A stretch of DNA of 64,000 bases, from NCBI GenBank assembly GCA_036518275.1, contig DATDNK010000342.1, forward strand, positions 2,693 to 66,692, in the 5' to 3' direction. The position numbers were made by a program, and so were the translations under genes. Shown one piece after another: positions 37,855 through 48,113 of this stretch (position 1 is its first letter; every line of letters starts with the position of its first letter). The stretch is from Candidatus Acidiferrum sp. (GTDB lineage Bacteria > Acidobacteriota > Terriglobia > Acidiferrales > UBA7541). The notes beneath the pieces are model-generated. The model saw only the letters and a list, made by a program, of their open reading frames with translations. It was not told the origin of the DNA and did not search any database.

Positions 37855-39294
37855 ATGTCTTACGTACACGAGTTGCCAGCCTCAGTCTCCTTTCGCGGTA
37901 AAGGTCTTTTCGGGTATTCCTTTGGCGCTCTGCGAAACAAAGATCTGGAGGTTCTGTACATTGAGTCCGAGACTGGGCACGACACCTTCATGATCTGCAA
38001 AGGCGTTACACGCATATACTATGTGCTCGCCGGAAGCGGCTCCTTTACGATTGAAGGTCGTACACATGGCGTTCGTGCCGGCATGTTGGTCGAGGCCCCT
38101 GCTGGTGTCGAATATTCCTACTCTGGCCGGATGACAATGCTGGGGTTTTGCAAGCGACGCTGGCCTAGGAGGAAAGACAAGTTCACGAGATGGAATCGTG
38201 ACGTAGTCGGCAAAGATGCACCATGGCCACTTGCTGGCGATTCCTGGCTGACGCGGTTTGTTAGGATGCGGGTTTTCGGAAAATCACCTACCAATGCGTT
38301 TCTGCGGCTCAATCAACGTCTTTGGAAGACTCTTTCTCCATCCCTTGTCCGCCTTCGGCCGCTCGAGTGGTACGGTCGCTTTTTACACGGATTAGCTCGC
38401 ATACAGGGTGTTCGCGCGCAGGCGCCCAATACGTTTTTTCTCCGGAACCGTCCTCAGTTAGATTTGATGCAACGCCTGCTTAGCTGCAAGAAAACTGGCG
38501 ATACGGTTCGAGTCGCGGTGCTGGGTTGCAGCACTGGTGCGGAGGTGTATTCGATTGCGTGGGCGATAAGGAAGGCAAGGCCAGACCTAAGGCTTGTCGT
38601 TCATGCTGTCGATGTTTCGAATGAGGCGGTGGAATTTGCGCGGCGTGGAGTTTACCCGCGAAACGCGAAGTTGGCCCTTAATCACATTCGCGACTGCATG
38701 GCGGCAGGGCACTGGCGTGTCGGCGAACCAGGTTCAGATCTTGTCGGCTCAGAAATATTTGAGCGGATGACGGAACGGGAAATGGCTGAGTTTTTTGACC
38801 TTCACGAAGATGCCGCTGTCGTAAAGGATTGGCTCAGGGAAGGAATCGATTGGGGAGTTGCGGACGTGAGAGAGGCCGAGATTGCGGATAAAATGGGCCT
38901 TCACGATATCGTTGTCGCCAGCAACTTCCTCTGTCACATGGAGCGCTCGGAGGCGGAGCGATGCCTGCGAAATATCGTCTCCCTTGTCGTTTCTCGAGGA
39001 CTTCTTATCGTGTCGGGAATCGATTTGGATATCCGCCAGAAGGTTGCTTGTGACCTCGGGTGGGAGCCAGTTGCCGACTTACTTGAGGAGATTCATGACG
39101 GGGACTCTTGCTTGAGAGGCCAGTGGCCCTTCGAGTACGCGGGCTTGGAGCCTCTGAACAAGAGAAGAAGAGATTGGCAAACTCGCTATGCAGCTGCCTT
39201 TCAGGTAGTCTCTCCCGCAACGAACGGCCAGCGATTGCATTACGACGGAACAACTTCTCTGGAGGAGCTTAAGCCTCAAAATACAAAGGCTTAG
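37855..39294 (+). CDS. Cupin-CheR-type methyltransferase fusion
   Basis: N-terminal cupin 'IYYVLAGSGSFTIEG...VRAGMLVEAPAGVEYS'. CheR motifs 'TFFLRNRPQ', 'LGCSTGAEVYSIA', 'AVDVS...ARRGVY', 'DIVVASNFLCH'. Confidence 0.8.
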   Translation: MSYVHELPASVSFRGKGLFGYSFGALRNKDLEVLYIESETGHDTFMICKGVTRIYYVLAGSGSFTIEGRTHGVRAGMLVEAPAGVEYSYSGRMTMLGFCKRRWPRRKDKFTRWNRDVVGKDAPWPLAGDSWLTRFVRMRVFGKSPTNAFLRLNQRLWKTLSPSLVRLRPLEWYGRFLHGLARIQGVRAQAPNTFFLRNRPQLDLMQRLLSCKKTGDTVRVAVLGCSTGAEVYSIAWAIRKARPDLRLVVHAVDVSNEAVEFARRGVYPRNAKLALNHIRDCMAAGHWRVGEPGSDLVGSEIFERMTEREMAEFFDLHEDAAVVKDWLREGIDWGVADVREAEIADKMGLHDIVVASNFLCHMERSEAERCLRNIVSLVVSRGLLIVSGIDLDIRQKVACDLGWEPVADLLEEIHDGDSCLRGQWPFEYAGLEPLNKRRRDWQTRYAAAFQVVSPATNGQRLHYDGTTSLEELKPQNTKA

Positions 39295-39399
39295 TGCGTC
39301 TTTTGGCGGAAAGCTCCGGCCTATCGCCCGTCATTGTCGGATCTGCACGTTGATTTGGTTTCATAGGCTATCGATATTTCCGAGGGTGCGTAAAACACG

Positions 39400-40890
39400 A
39401 TGAAGGATTTAAAAGAGCGGACCATTCGCGGTGGTCTTGCACGGGTCTGCGCCCAAGCGGCTAATTTTCTCATTCGTGGCGGGTCACTGATGATACTGGC
39501 GCGCCTCCTGAGTCCGAGAGACTTCGGGTTGGTGGGCATGGTCACCGCGTTCACGGGAGTCCTGAATCTGCTAAAGGATTTTGGGCTTTCGTCTGCCGCC
39601 GTCCAGCGGACCAAGGTAACGGACGAACAAATTTCGACATTATTCTGGATTAACATATTGGTGGGCGCGCTCCTTGGACTACTAACGCTCGCAGCGGCTC
39701 CGCTTATCGCGAGTTTCTATCACGAGCCCCGGCTTTTTGCTGTAACGGCCGTTCTAGCTGCTGGATTCGTCTTCAACGCGGCAGGGGTGCAACATTCAGC
39801 TCTTCTCCAACGCCAAATGCGCTTTACGGCGATATCCGTAATCGCGGTTGTCTCCCTAATCGCCGGCACCGCTGTTGCCATTGCAGGAGCTAAGGCCGGG
39901 TACGGGTACTGGGCTCTCGCGGCAATGACGGTCGTTATGCCACTCACAGCAAGTATTGCAGCGTGGCTGACCGCCGGCTGGGTACCTGGCATGCCAAAGA
40001 GGCGTACCGGCATTCGATCTATGTTGCGCTTTGGGGGAATGGTAAGCCTAAATGGCATCATAGCTTATGTTGCATATAACATCGATAAAGTCCTAATCGG
40101 CAGATTTTGGGGAAGTGGCGTCCTCGGAATCTACGGGAGAGCCTATCAGCTGACGAATATCCCGACGGACAATCTGAATTCAACTGTAGGAGAGGTGGCA
40201 TTCTCGGCGTTGTCGCGACTTCAAGACGACCCGAAGCGCCTTAGGAGCTACTTCTTAAAGGGTTACTCGTTGGTTCTGTCGATGACATTACCTCTGACGT
40301 TAGCCTGTGTGATTTTTGCTAAGGACGTTGTTTACGTTCTGCTGGGGCCAAAGTGGATGAGTGCAGTAGTCATTTTTCGCTTTCTTGCCCCGACGATTAT
40401 GGTCTTTGCTCTCATCAATCCTATGGGGTGGTTGCTCTACTCTTTGGGATTGGTGAGGAGAAGTCTGAACATCGCCCTGGTTTTCTCTCCCACAATCATC
40501 GCGGGCTATTTCGTTGGATTGCCTTATGGACCCAAAGGAGTAGCATTCGCCTACTCCGCGGTGATGGTCCTGTGGGTCATCCCTTTTATTGCATGGTGCG
40601 TCCGAGGAACAGCAGTCTCCTTCTGGGATGTTTTGCAGACCCTGATGCGGCCGCTCGCCTGCGGCATTTTGGCGGGAGGGCTTGCCTTCGTGGTAGGGGC
40701 AGCCTGCGAGCAATCATTGGCGCCTTTGCCGAGGCTCGTTCTCGAGAGCAGTGTGCTTTTAATCATCTTCTTCGGGCTGCTGTTGTTTGTCGGGGGGCAG
40801 AAAACTCTCTATTTGAATCTGGTTCGCGGTTTGTGGAAATCTTCCGTAACCAAAAGCGCGGCGATTAGCCTCGACTTAAGCAAAACGTGA
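39400..40890 (+). CDS. wzx: Wzx flippase (PST family, WzxC-like)
   Basis: 'LARLLSPRDFGLVGM', 'DFGLSSAAVQ', 'NIDKVLIGRFWG..VLGIYGRAY'; about 12-14 TM helices. Confidence 0.92.
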   Translation: MKDLKERTIRGGLARVCAQAANFLIRGGSLMILARLLSPRDFGLVGMVTAFTGVLNLLKDFGLSSAAVQRTKVTDEQISTLFWINILVGALLGLLTLAAAPLIASFYHEPRLFAVTAVLAAGFVFNAAGVQHSALLQRQMRFTAISVIAVVSLIAGTAVAIAGAKAGYGYWALAAMTVVMPLTASIAAWLTAGWVPGMPKRRTGIRSMLRFGGMVSLNGIIAYVAYNIDKVLIGRFWGSGVLGIYGRAYQLTNIPTDNLNSTVGEVAFSALSRLQDDPKRLRSYFLKGYSLVLSMTLPLTLACVIFAKDVVYVLLGPKWMSAVVIFRFLAPTIMVFALINPMGWLLYSLGLVRRSLNIALVFSPTIIAGYFVGLPYGPKGVAFAYSAVMVLWVIPFIAWCVRGTAVSFWDVLQTLMRPLACGILAGGLAFVVGAACEQSLAPLPRLVLESSVLLIIFFGLLLFVGGQKTLYLNLVRGLWKSSVTKSAAISLDLSKT

Positions 40891-40914
40891 AATAGCAACC
40901 GTATATAGGTTTTT

Positions 40915-42165
40915 ATGCGCAGATCGCCACTCGCAGGAACCAAACCCACGCGGCACAAGATCGCGCTGTTCGGAGCTTTTGGTGTTGGAAACCTTGGTAA
41001 CGAATGCACGCTGCAAGCGCTGCTATACAACATTCGAAGGTATGTTCCGCATGCGGAGATAAGTTGCATTTGTCCGGGGCCGGAGGAGACGCGCTCGGCC
41101 TACAAAATACCTAGCTCCCTGATCAAGGAAATGCCCCTTTCGCCAATTAAGAATCGCACTCTGCGATTGCTAAGAAGAATTTTCGTTGGCGTTCCGATGG
41201 AGTTGTTTCGATGGTGCAAGGTGATCGCCAGGCTAAAAGACGTCGACCTGCTAGTAATGGCAGGAACAGGCATGCTGGGAGACTTCGGTATCGCTCCTCT
41301 CGGTTTACACTACGAAATTTTGAAGTGGACAATTGCGGCAAAATTGTGCAGATGCAAAGTCATATTTCTCAGTGTTGGTGCAGGGCCGCTTCGTCAAGCC
41401 CTCAGTAGGTATTTCGTGAAAGCGGCGCTGTCGTGCGCCGACTACCGATCCTATCGCGATGAGTTCTCGAAGGATTATTTGCAAAGCATACGTTTCCATG
41501 CCGAAGGGGACCACGTGTATCCGGACCTGGCATTCAGCTTTCCGACAGATACGCTGCCGCGGGGTTCTGATCACAGCGGCGACAAACCGATCATTGGCCT
41601 TGGCCTGATAACGTATTTCAACAGGCGCTGCGACTCATCCGAAGATGAGACTATTTATCGCGACTATCTGAAGAAGGTAGCGAATTTCGTGGCCTGGCTG
41701 CTCGAGAGGAAGTATACAGTACGGCTGCTCATCGGCGATGTGAGCTATGACCAGCGTGCGAGACAGGACCTCCGAATAATCCTCGAAGAGCGGGGCTTCA
41801 ACTGCAGTAATGGTAGCATCATCGATGCCCCAGCCTCTTCTGTGGAAGAGGTTTTATCACAACTCGCGGCGACAGATCTCGTTGTCGCCAGCAGGTTTCA
41901 TAACATCTTATTGGCTTTGATGCTCGGTAAGCCGGTGCTGGCGATTTCCTATCACGAAAAAGTTGACGCCCTGATGGCAGACGCGGGGTTGGTGGAATTC
42001 TGCCAGAATATTGAGCGTATTGATCTCGAAAAGATGATCGGACAATTCGGTGTTTTACGAAAACAAGCGGCGAGCACAAAAATACAGCTTGAGCGAAATG
42101 CGAAAGCCTGTCGCACCGCGCTAGATGATCAGTACAATCACATTTTTAGCAATCACTTCGAGTAA
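40915..42165 (+). CDS. Polysaccharide pyruvyl transferase family protein
   Basis: 'GAFGVGNLGNE', 'SVGAGP', 'SYRDEFS', 'PDLAF', 'ASRFH', 'ISYHEKV'. Confidence 0.88.
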   Translation: MRRSPLAGTKPTRHKIALFGAFGVGNLGNECTLQALLYNIRRYVPHAEISCICPGPEETRSAYKIPSSLIKEMPLSPIKNRTLRLLRRIFVGVPMELFRWCKVIARLKDVDLLVMAGTGMLGDFGIAPLGLHYEILKWTIAAKLCRCKVIFLSVGAGPLRQALSRYFVKAALSCADYRSYRDEFSKDYLQSIRFHAEGDHVYPDLAFSFPTDTLPRGSDHSGDKPIIGLGLITYFNRRCDSSEDETIYRDYLKKVANFVAWLLERKYTVRLLIGDVSYDQRARQDLRIILEERGFNCSNGSIIDAPASSVEEVLSQLAATDLVVASRFHNILLALMLGKPVLAISYHEKVDALMADAGLVEFCQNIERIDLEKMIGQFGVLRKQAASTKIQLERNAKACRTALDDQYNHIFSNHFE

Positions 42166-42479
42166 TTGCGATGCCAATCTGAGCAGGGCCGCGAGCAATT
42201 AGTTCGTAATCAAGCGGTGATTTTGGCGCGGGTTTGATGATTGCTGCTGGGGCGCATAACCGGGTGACGGGTGTGCGTCTTGACCACCTGCGGCGAAGTT
42301 AGTGTTAATGGAACAAGTAATTCTAAGAAAGATTTAACCTTGCACCGTCGCGGAGATGGTTAGCGGCAACGTTAGGTTTCCGACATCTGCACCGCACTGG
42401 GTCTAGCGGGGCTACATTCACTCCAATAGACTCACAATCGGCCCGCATCTAGTCTGGCCCGCGCTTTCCGGTCATTGGG

Positions 42480-43886
42480 TTGGAACTACAGAAGACCCAG
42501 AGCATGCTTAGCTGCCTCACTGAATATTATCGATGCCCAGAACAATACCTGAGCTTCGCCCAAACAGGGCCTCTCTCCGTAAACGCCGGTTACTTCCAGT
42601 TTGGACGCGGAGCTATCTGCTACGGAAGATATATAGGTCGTGAACCTGCTGCGCATCCTCCTGGCGAGCACCTGAATGCTGTGTGCGATGTCCAACTTAA
42701 AGACGGAACGATCTACCTCCCATTCGACCCTTTGGAGGTGGTCAATAATCTTCGTCTCGAGAACTATGCGGCTGACTGGCGTAAGGGATTTCCTATGTCT
42801 GCGCTGGCCGCCCTTTATTACTTTGTGCGGCCGATGCTGCCAGTTCATGTGCGGAAACACGTCCAGGAGTTTTACTTCAGAGGTTGGAAGAATCTGAAGT
42901 TTCCTCGTTGGCCGGTCGAATGTTCAGTTGATAATCTTCTTGCTCAGTTGCTTGCGCTTTCATTGAAAGCAAGTCGCACGGGTCGAATCCCATTTATTTG
43001 GTTCTGGCCACAAGGCGCGACGAGTTGCGTCATTATGACCCACGACGTGGAAACGCAACGAGGTTGCAATTCTTGCAAGACTTTGATGGATTTGGACGAT
43101 TCGTTCGGAATCAAAGCATCCTTCCAATTAATACCAGAACAGCGCTATATCGTAACGACGGAGTTTCTAGCTTCCATCCGCGATCGAGGTTTTGAAATTG
43201 TCATCCACGATTTAAATCATGACGGACACCTCTATAGAAATCGCAAGCAGTTTCTTGAGCGGGCTGCCAAGATCAACTCGTACGCAACCGCGTATGGCGC
43301 TGAAGGATTCCGGGCCGCATCCCTGTACCGAAAACAAGTGTGGTATGACGCGCTCAATTTCTCATACGACATGTCGATCCCAAACGTGGCTCACTTGGAC
43401 CCGCAGCGGGGCGGGTGCTGTACGGTTATGCCGTTCTTTATCGGCGATATTTTAGAACTGCCAGTCACTACGACTCAGGACTACACGTTATTTAATATCC
43501 TGAACGATTTCTCCATCGAGTTGTGGAAGCAACAGATGGAAATCATCATGGAAAAGCATGGGCTAATCAGTTTTGTCGTGCATCCGGACTACATCGTCAA
43601 ATCGCGCCACCGGCAGGTCTACCAAGCGCTGCTCACCCGTTTGCGCTGTTTGCAGAAGGAAAGTGGTGTTTGGATAGCAACTCCTGGCGAGGTGAATCAT
43701 TGGTGGAGGCAGCGAGCCGAAATGCGATTGCGTCATGGCGGGGATAGCTGGCACATCGAGGGACTCGGAAGCGAGCGGGCGGCTCTGGCGTACGCCGTCT
43801 TGGATGGCGATCAATTGAAGTATGAGATCGACGGGGTGCCAATCGGGGACCGAATGGGGTCCGTTTGCGAGTCGCCTAGTCAATGA
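42480..43886 (+). CDS. Polysaccharide-deacetylase-like protein
   Basis: 'MTHDVET', 'HDLNHDG', 'GFRA', 'YDMS', 'ELPVTTTQD', 'HPDY'. Confidence 0.75.
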   Translation: MELQKTQSMLSCLTEYYRCPEQYLSFAQTGPLSVNAGYFQFGRGAICYGRYIGREPAAHPPGEHLNAVCDVQLKDGTIYLPFDPLEVVNNLRLENYAADWRKGFPMSALAALYYFVRPMLPVHVRKHVQEFYFRGWKNLKFPRWPVECSVDNLLAQLLALSLKASRTGRIPFIWFWPQGATSCVIMTHDVETQRGCNSCKTLMDLDDSFGIKASFQLIPEQRYIVTTEFLASIRDRGFEIVIHDLNHDGHLYRNRKQFLERAAKINSYATAYGAEGFRAASLYRKQVWYDALNFSYDMSIPNVAHLDPQRGGCCTVMPFFIGDILELPVTTTQDYTLFNILNDFSIELWKQQMEIIMEKHGLISFVVHPDYIVKSRHRQVYQALLTRLRCLQKESGVWIATPGEVNHWWRQRAEMRLRHGGDSWHIEGLGSERAALAYAVLDGDQLKYEIDGVPIGDRMGSVCESPSQ

Positions 43887-43891
43887 CTGAC

Positions 43892-43905
43892 GGAAAAGTT
43901 TTTCT
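43892..43905 (+). promoter_or_regulatory. Candidate upstream activator sequence
   Basis: GGAAAAGTTTTTCT, 145 bp upstream of the GG at 44037. Confidence 0.4.
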
Positions 43906-43968
43906 CTCAAAACGAGAGGACGTTTCCTGCAGGCTTAATTCCAGCTCTGTTTAATTAAGGGCTTCCAG

Positions 43969-43993
43969 TAAGGCATGTAGAATCAGTAGTTTA
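43969..43993 (+). promoter_or_regulatory. 25-bp IHF-like box
   Basis: TAAGGCATGTAGAATCAGTAGTTTA. Its 3' half AATCAGTAGTTTA fits WATCAR-N4-TTR. Confidence 0.6.
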
Positions 43994-44035
43994 TAAGCAC
44001 TCGGCTCCTTTGAGGCCTCGGCGGCGCGTCCAGTT

Positions 44036-44051
44036 TGGTAGATGGATTGCT
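44036..44051 (+). promoter_or_regulatory. Sigma-54 promoter of the SDR-rfbC-rfbF cassette
   Basis: TGGTAGATGGATTGCT (GG-N10-GC). Confidence 0.72.
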
Positions 44052-44222
44052 TGTATGGATGATTTGAGCTTAAAGATAGACTGCTGGCTTTCCCTTATGG
44101 CGGTAGTCTGCCCGTGGCCAGGACGTAGACACGGGCTACCTTTCATTTCGAGTGTCGGTTTGCCTCAATGCTTGCCCATTGATTTCATTCCATTGTTTTA
44201 GTTCTCATCAGGAGTCACTCAA

Positions 44223-45275
44223 ATGAAAATACTGTTAACGGGACATCTAGGATACATCGGCGCTGTTGCAGGCCAGATGTTGACCGCTGCCGGGCACGAA
44301 GTGGTTGGATTAGATACTGACCTGTTCGCGGGTTGCGATTTTGGTACGCCTGCCCCGAAAATTTCCGAGCTTCGCAAAGACATCCGAGACGTAACGATAG
44401 CAGACCTCAAGGGTTTTGAAGCGGTTGTCCATTTGGCAGCGTTGTCTAACGATCCAGTGAGTAATCTGGATCCAAGTCTCACCTACGATATCAACCATCA
44501 AGCATCCGTTCGTCTCGCTGAGTTAGCAAAACGGGCGGGCGTGAGCCGCTTCGTGTTCTCTTCCTCTTGCAGCACGTATGGCTCTGCCGGAGATGACTTC
44601 CTCGACGAGTCAGGGACTCTCAATCCCGTCACTCCCTATGGAGAATCCAAGGTTTTCGTGGAACGGGACATCGCGGCCCTTGCCAACGAACACTTCAGCC
44701 CGGCCTTCATGAGAAATGCCACTGCCTACGGAGTTTCACCCCGTTTACGGCTGGATATCGTACTGAACGATTTTGTTGCTTCGGCTTTTACCACCGGTCG
44801 GATCCACATTAAGAGTGATGGTACGCCTTGGCGGCCCATCGTGCACATTCGCGACATTATTCAAGCCATGATTTGTGTCTTGGATGCTCCGAGAGATGCT
44901 GTTCACAACGCAACCTTTAATGTGGGGAGCACGAGCGAAAACTATCGCATCAGTGAGCTTGCTGCCATTGTGGAAGAAATTGTGCCTGGTTGCCGCATTG
45001 AGTATGCACCGGGCGGCGGGCCCGACAAACGCTGCTACCGCGTCAATTGCGACAAGATAGTTCGCGTTTTGCCGCAATTCCAACCACAGTGGACTGCGCG
45101 GCGAGGCGCACAGGAACTCTACGATGCCTATCGTGCCGCAGGACTAACTGCCGATGATGTAACGAGCGGACGGTATTTCCGCATTAACACCATCCAGCGT
45201 TTGCAGAAGGCCAGAAAACTCGATGCTGCGTTGCGCTGGTCGGCTTCCTCCGACAGGTTTGTGCTGTCGCACTAG
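44223..45275 (+). CDS. NAD-dependent nucleotide-sugar epimerase/dehydratase (extended SDR)
   Basis: '[10 protein letters not shown]', 'HLAALSNDP', 'SSSCSTYG', 'YGESK', 'RNATAYG', 'SDGTPWRP'. Confidence 0.9.
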   Translation: MKILLTGHLGYIGAVAGQMLTAAGHEVVGLDTDLFAGCDFGTPAPKISELRKDIRDVTIADLKGFEAVVHLAALSNDPVSNLDPSLTYDINHQASVRLAELAKRAGVSRFVFSSSCSTYGSAGDDFLDESGTLNPVTPYGESKVFVERDIAALANEHFSPAFMRNATAYGVSPRLRLDIVLNDFVASAFTTGRIHIKSDGTPWRPIVHIRDIIQAMICVLDAPRDAVHNATFNVGSTSENYRISELAAIVEEIVPGCRIEYAPGGGPDKRCYRVNCDKIVRVLPQFQPQWTARRGAQELYDAYRAAGLTADDVTSGRYFRINTIQRLQKARKLDAALRWSASSDRFVLSH

Positions 45276-45321
45276 CTGAGCTGGAGCCGGACGGCGAAAA
45301 TTAAACAGGAGAGCTACTTCG

Positions 45322-45906
45322 ATGATCTTTGCAGAAACCAAACTCCGTGGCGCATTCGTGATTGATATTGAGCGTCGCGAGGATTCTCGAGGCTTCTTTG
45401 CGCGAGTCTTCTGCCAGCGCGAATTTGATGCGCACGGGTTGAAGCCTATCATCGCTCAAGCCAACGTTGCATATAACCGCAAGAAAGGGACGCTCCGCGG
45501 CATGCATTTTCAATTTCCACCCGCTGCCGAAACGAAATTAGTACGCTGCACTCGCGGCGCAATCCTCGATATCATCGTCGATTTGCGGCCAGAAAGCCCG
45601 ACTTATCTCCAGCACGTAGCGGTTGAACTAACAGAAGAAAACTGCCGTGCCCTTTATGTGCCCGAACGTTTCGCTCACGGCTACCAGGTGCTTCGAGACA
45701 ACACCGAAACGAGCTACCAGGTCGGTGAGTTCTACACACCTGGTTCGGAGGGCGGCCTGCTGTACAACGATCCTCGTCTGGGCCTGGAGTGGCCGCTTCC
45801 AGTGAGCACAATTTCTGATAAGGACCAGGGCTGGAAGCTGCTCGAGGAACAGGAAGAAGAAGTCAAGCGGAGGATGAGCTCCCTGCCGCTGGAAATGGCC
45901 AAGTAA
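45322..45906 (+). CDS. rfbC: dTDP-4-dehydrorhamnose 3,5-epimerase family
   Basis: 'DSRGFFAR', 'GTLRGMHFQ', 'KLVRC', 'DIIVDLRPESPTY', 'FAHGYQ'. Confidence 0.92.
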   Translation: MIFAETKLRGAFVIDIERREDSRGFFARVFCQREFDAHGLKPIIAQANVAYNRKKGTLRGMHFQFPPAAETKLVRCTRGAILDIIVDLRPESPTYLQHVAVELTEENCRALYVPERFAHGYQVLRDNTETSYQVGEFYTPGSEGGLLYNDPRLGLEWPLPVSTISDKDQGWKLLEEQEEEVKRRMSSLPLEMAK

Positions 45907-45932
45907 ATTCAGTTTGAGCCGAGGAACTTCCA

Positions 45933-47258
45933 ATGATTATCGTTGATGACGCCTTGAAAGCACGGGAAGTGGAAGGGCGCCCCATCCGCGTCGCGTTGCT
46001 TGGCGCTGGTTTTATGTCCCGAGGCTTGGCGAATCATATCGTCCACACTAAACCAGGAATGCGGCTTGTAGGTGTTTTCAATCGCGGGATTCAGCGCGCT
46101 TTCGATCTTTGCCAATACGTCGGTGTCACAGACGTAGCGGCGCCATGTACCCAGCAGGAGGCGGAACTCGCCATCAGCGAGGGCAAGATTGTCGTGACCG
46201 ACGACGCTTTCCTGCTGGCGCGTTCCACCGGGATCGACATCCTCGTGGACGTCACGGGCTCGGTGGAATTTGGTGCCCGCGTGGCTCTCGAAGCGTTCCG
46301 CCACAAAAAGGACGTAGTCCTACTGAACGCGGAAATTGACGCTACGATTGGACCCATTCTTCAGCTTTATGCAGAAAAACATGGCGTGGTCTTATCTGCT
46401 TGTGATGGTGACGAACCCGGACTCCAGATCAATCTCTACCGTTGGGTCAAAGGGCTGGGCTTGACGCCGCGCGTCATCGGTAACGTCAAGGGTCTCCAAG
46501 ATCCTTACCGAAATCCCACGACTCAAAAGGGCTTCGCCGAAAAATGGGGACAAAACCCGGCGATGGTGACGAGTTTTGCCGACGGCTCCAAAATCAGTTT
46601 TGAGCAAGCCATCGTCGCAAACGCCACGGGATTCCTGGTGCGCTCTCGGGGCATGTCGAGAGGAATGGAATACAAAGATGATGTCATGAAGATTGGCAAA
46701 ATCTACGACATTGACGAAGTCCGCAGGCTAGGCGGCATCGTGGATTATGTTGTAGGCACTCCGCTGACAAAATTGTACGTTCTCGCGGAACATCCGGATC
46801 CTAAACAACAGCACTACTTAAATCTTTACAAGATGGGCGATGGGCCTCTCTACTCGTTTTTCACGCCCTATCACCTGGTGCATTTCGACGTGCCCAACGC
46901 CGTTGCCCGTGTCGCCCTGTTCCGTGACTCTGTTGCCAAACCTTTGGGCGGCCCGGTAGTCGAGGTCTGCGCCGTGACCAAGCGTGATTTGAAGGCCGGG
47001 GAAACTCTGGACGATTACGGCATGTATATGACCTACGGCGAGGCGGTAAACGCTAATGAAATGTGCCGTAACCAGTACATCCCTGAGGGCTTGGTAGAAG
47101 GTTGCGTTTTAACCCGCGACGTGCCCAAAGACTCAGTCATAACGTACCGCGACGTCATCCTTCCCCCTGACCGGCTGGCGGACCAATTGCGCGCCGAGCA
47201 ATACCGGCATTTCCGTGGTGAAACCTGGTTGGAAGAAATCGTAGCCTCGCGCGTGTGA
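45933..47258 (+). CDS. NAD(P)-dependent oxidoreductase with C-terminal SAF domain
   Basis: 'VALLGAGFM', 'NAEIDATIGP', 'DGDEPG', 'SFADGSK', SAF-like 'KRDLKAGETLD...LTRDVPKD'. Confidence 0.85.
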   Translation: MIIVDDALKAREVEGRPIRVALLGAGFMSRGLANHIVHTKPGMRLVGVFNRGIQRAFDLCQYVGVTDVAAPCTQQEAELAISEGKIVVTDDAFLLARSTGIDILVDVTGSVEFGARVALEAFRHKKDVVLLNAEIDATIGPILQLYAEKHGVVLSACDGDEPGLQINLYRWVKGLGLTPRVIGNVKGLQDPYRNPTTQKGFAEKWGQNPAMVTSFADGSKISFEQAIVANATGFLVRSRGMSRGMEYKDDVMKIGKIYDIDEVRRLGGIVDYVVGTPLTKLYVLAEHPDPKQQHYLNLYKMGDGPLYSFFTPYHLVHFDVPNAVARVALFRDSVAKPLGGPVVEVCAVTKRDLKAGETLDDYGMYMTYGEAVNANEMCRNQYIPEGLVEGCVLTRDVPKDSVITYRDVILPPDRLADQLRAEQYRHFRGETWLEEIVASRV

Positions 47259-47286
47259 GGATTATGAGCACAGCGAAGGAGTCCAC

Positions 47287-48087
47287 ATGAAGGTTGTCCT
47301 TTTCTGCGGTGGGCTGGGACTACGCATTCGCGATGCGGAAGATATTCCCAAGCCCATGGTAAACATAGGTTATCGGCCAATCCTCTGGCATGTCATGAAG
47401 TACTACGCGCACTTCGGGCATAAGGATTTCATTCTGTGCCTCGGGTACCGGGCCGAAGCTGTAAAAAATTATTTTCTCAATTACAACGAATGCGCCTCTA
47501 ACAATTTTGTTCTTTCGGGCGGCGGCAAAAAAATAGATCTGCTCAACAGCGACATACACGATTGGCGCATCACCTTCGTGGATACGGGAATCAATTCCAA
47601 TATCGGGCAGCGCCTGAAAGCAGTGGAGGGTTATCTGGAAGGGGAAGAGGAGTTCCTGGCCAACTACAGTGATGGGCTGACGGACCTGCCCTTACCCCAG
47701 CAACTTCAGCACTTTCACGAGCAGGACAAAATCGCCAGCTTTCTCTGCGTGCGTCCGAACCTCAGCTATCACTTGGTCTCGCTGTCTCAGGGCAACGGCA
47801 GTCTGGTTTCCAGAATCCACGCAATTAACGACGGCAACGTCCGGATCAATGGTGGATTTTTCATCTTCAAAAAGAAAATTTTCGAATATATTCGCCCGAA
47901 AGAAGAGTTGGTGATTGAACCATTCCACCGGCTGGTTGCGGAGAAACAATTGATCGGCTACCCGTACGATGGCTTCTGGGCCAGCATGGATACCTTCAAG
48001 GACAAGCAGCAGCTCGAGAGCCTTTGTGCCGGCGGCAGTGCGCCCTGGGAGGTTTGGAAGCCGAACGGCAACGGCGGAAATCACTGA
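47287..48087 (+). CDS. rfbF: Glucose-1-phosphate cytidylyltransferase-like
   Basis: 'VVLFCGGLGLRI', 'PKPMV', 'PILWHVMKYYAHFGH', 'NYSDG', 'INGGFF', 'FWASMDTFKD'. Confidence 0.88.
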   Translation: MKVVLFCGGLGLRIRDAEDIPKPMVNIGYRPILWHVMKYYAHFGHKDFILCLGYRAEAVKNYFLNYNECASNNFVLSGGGKKIDLLNSDIHDWRITFVDTGINSNIGQRLKAVEGYLEGEEEFLANYSDGLTDLPLPQQLQHFHEQDKIASFLCVRPNLSYHLVSLSQGNGSLVSRIHAINDGNVRINGGFFIFKKKIFEYIRPKEELVIEPFHRLVAEKQLIGYPYDGFWASMDTFKDKQQLESLCAGGSAPWEVWKPNGNGGNH

Positions 48088-48113
48088 GGCCGCGAAAGAC
48101 CTGACCAACGCAC

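Noticed and set aside
37855-39294. Chemotaxis system suggested by the CheR domain
   Set aside because: No MCP, cheA, cheB, cheW or cheY in the window.
42455-42469. TGGCCCGCGCTTTCC upstream of the 42480 gene
   Set aside because: The -12 element is TTCC rather than TTGC, with no supporting box.
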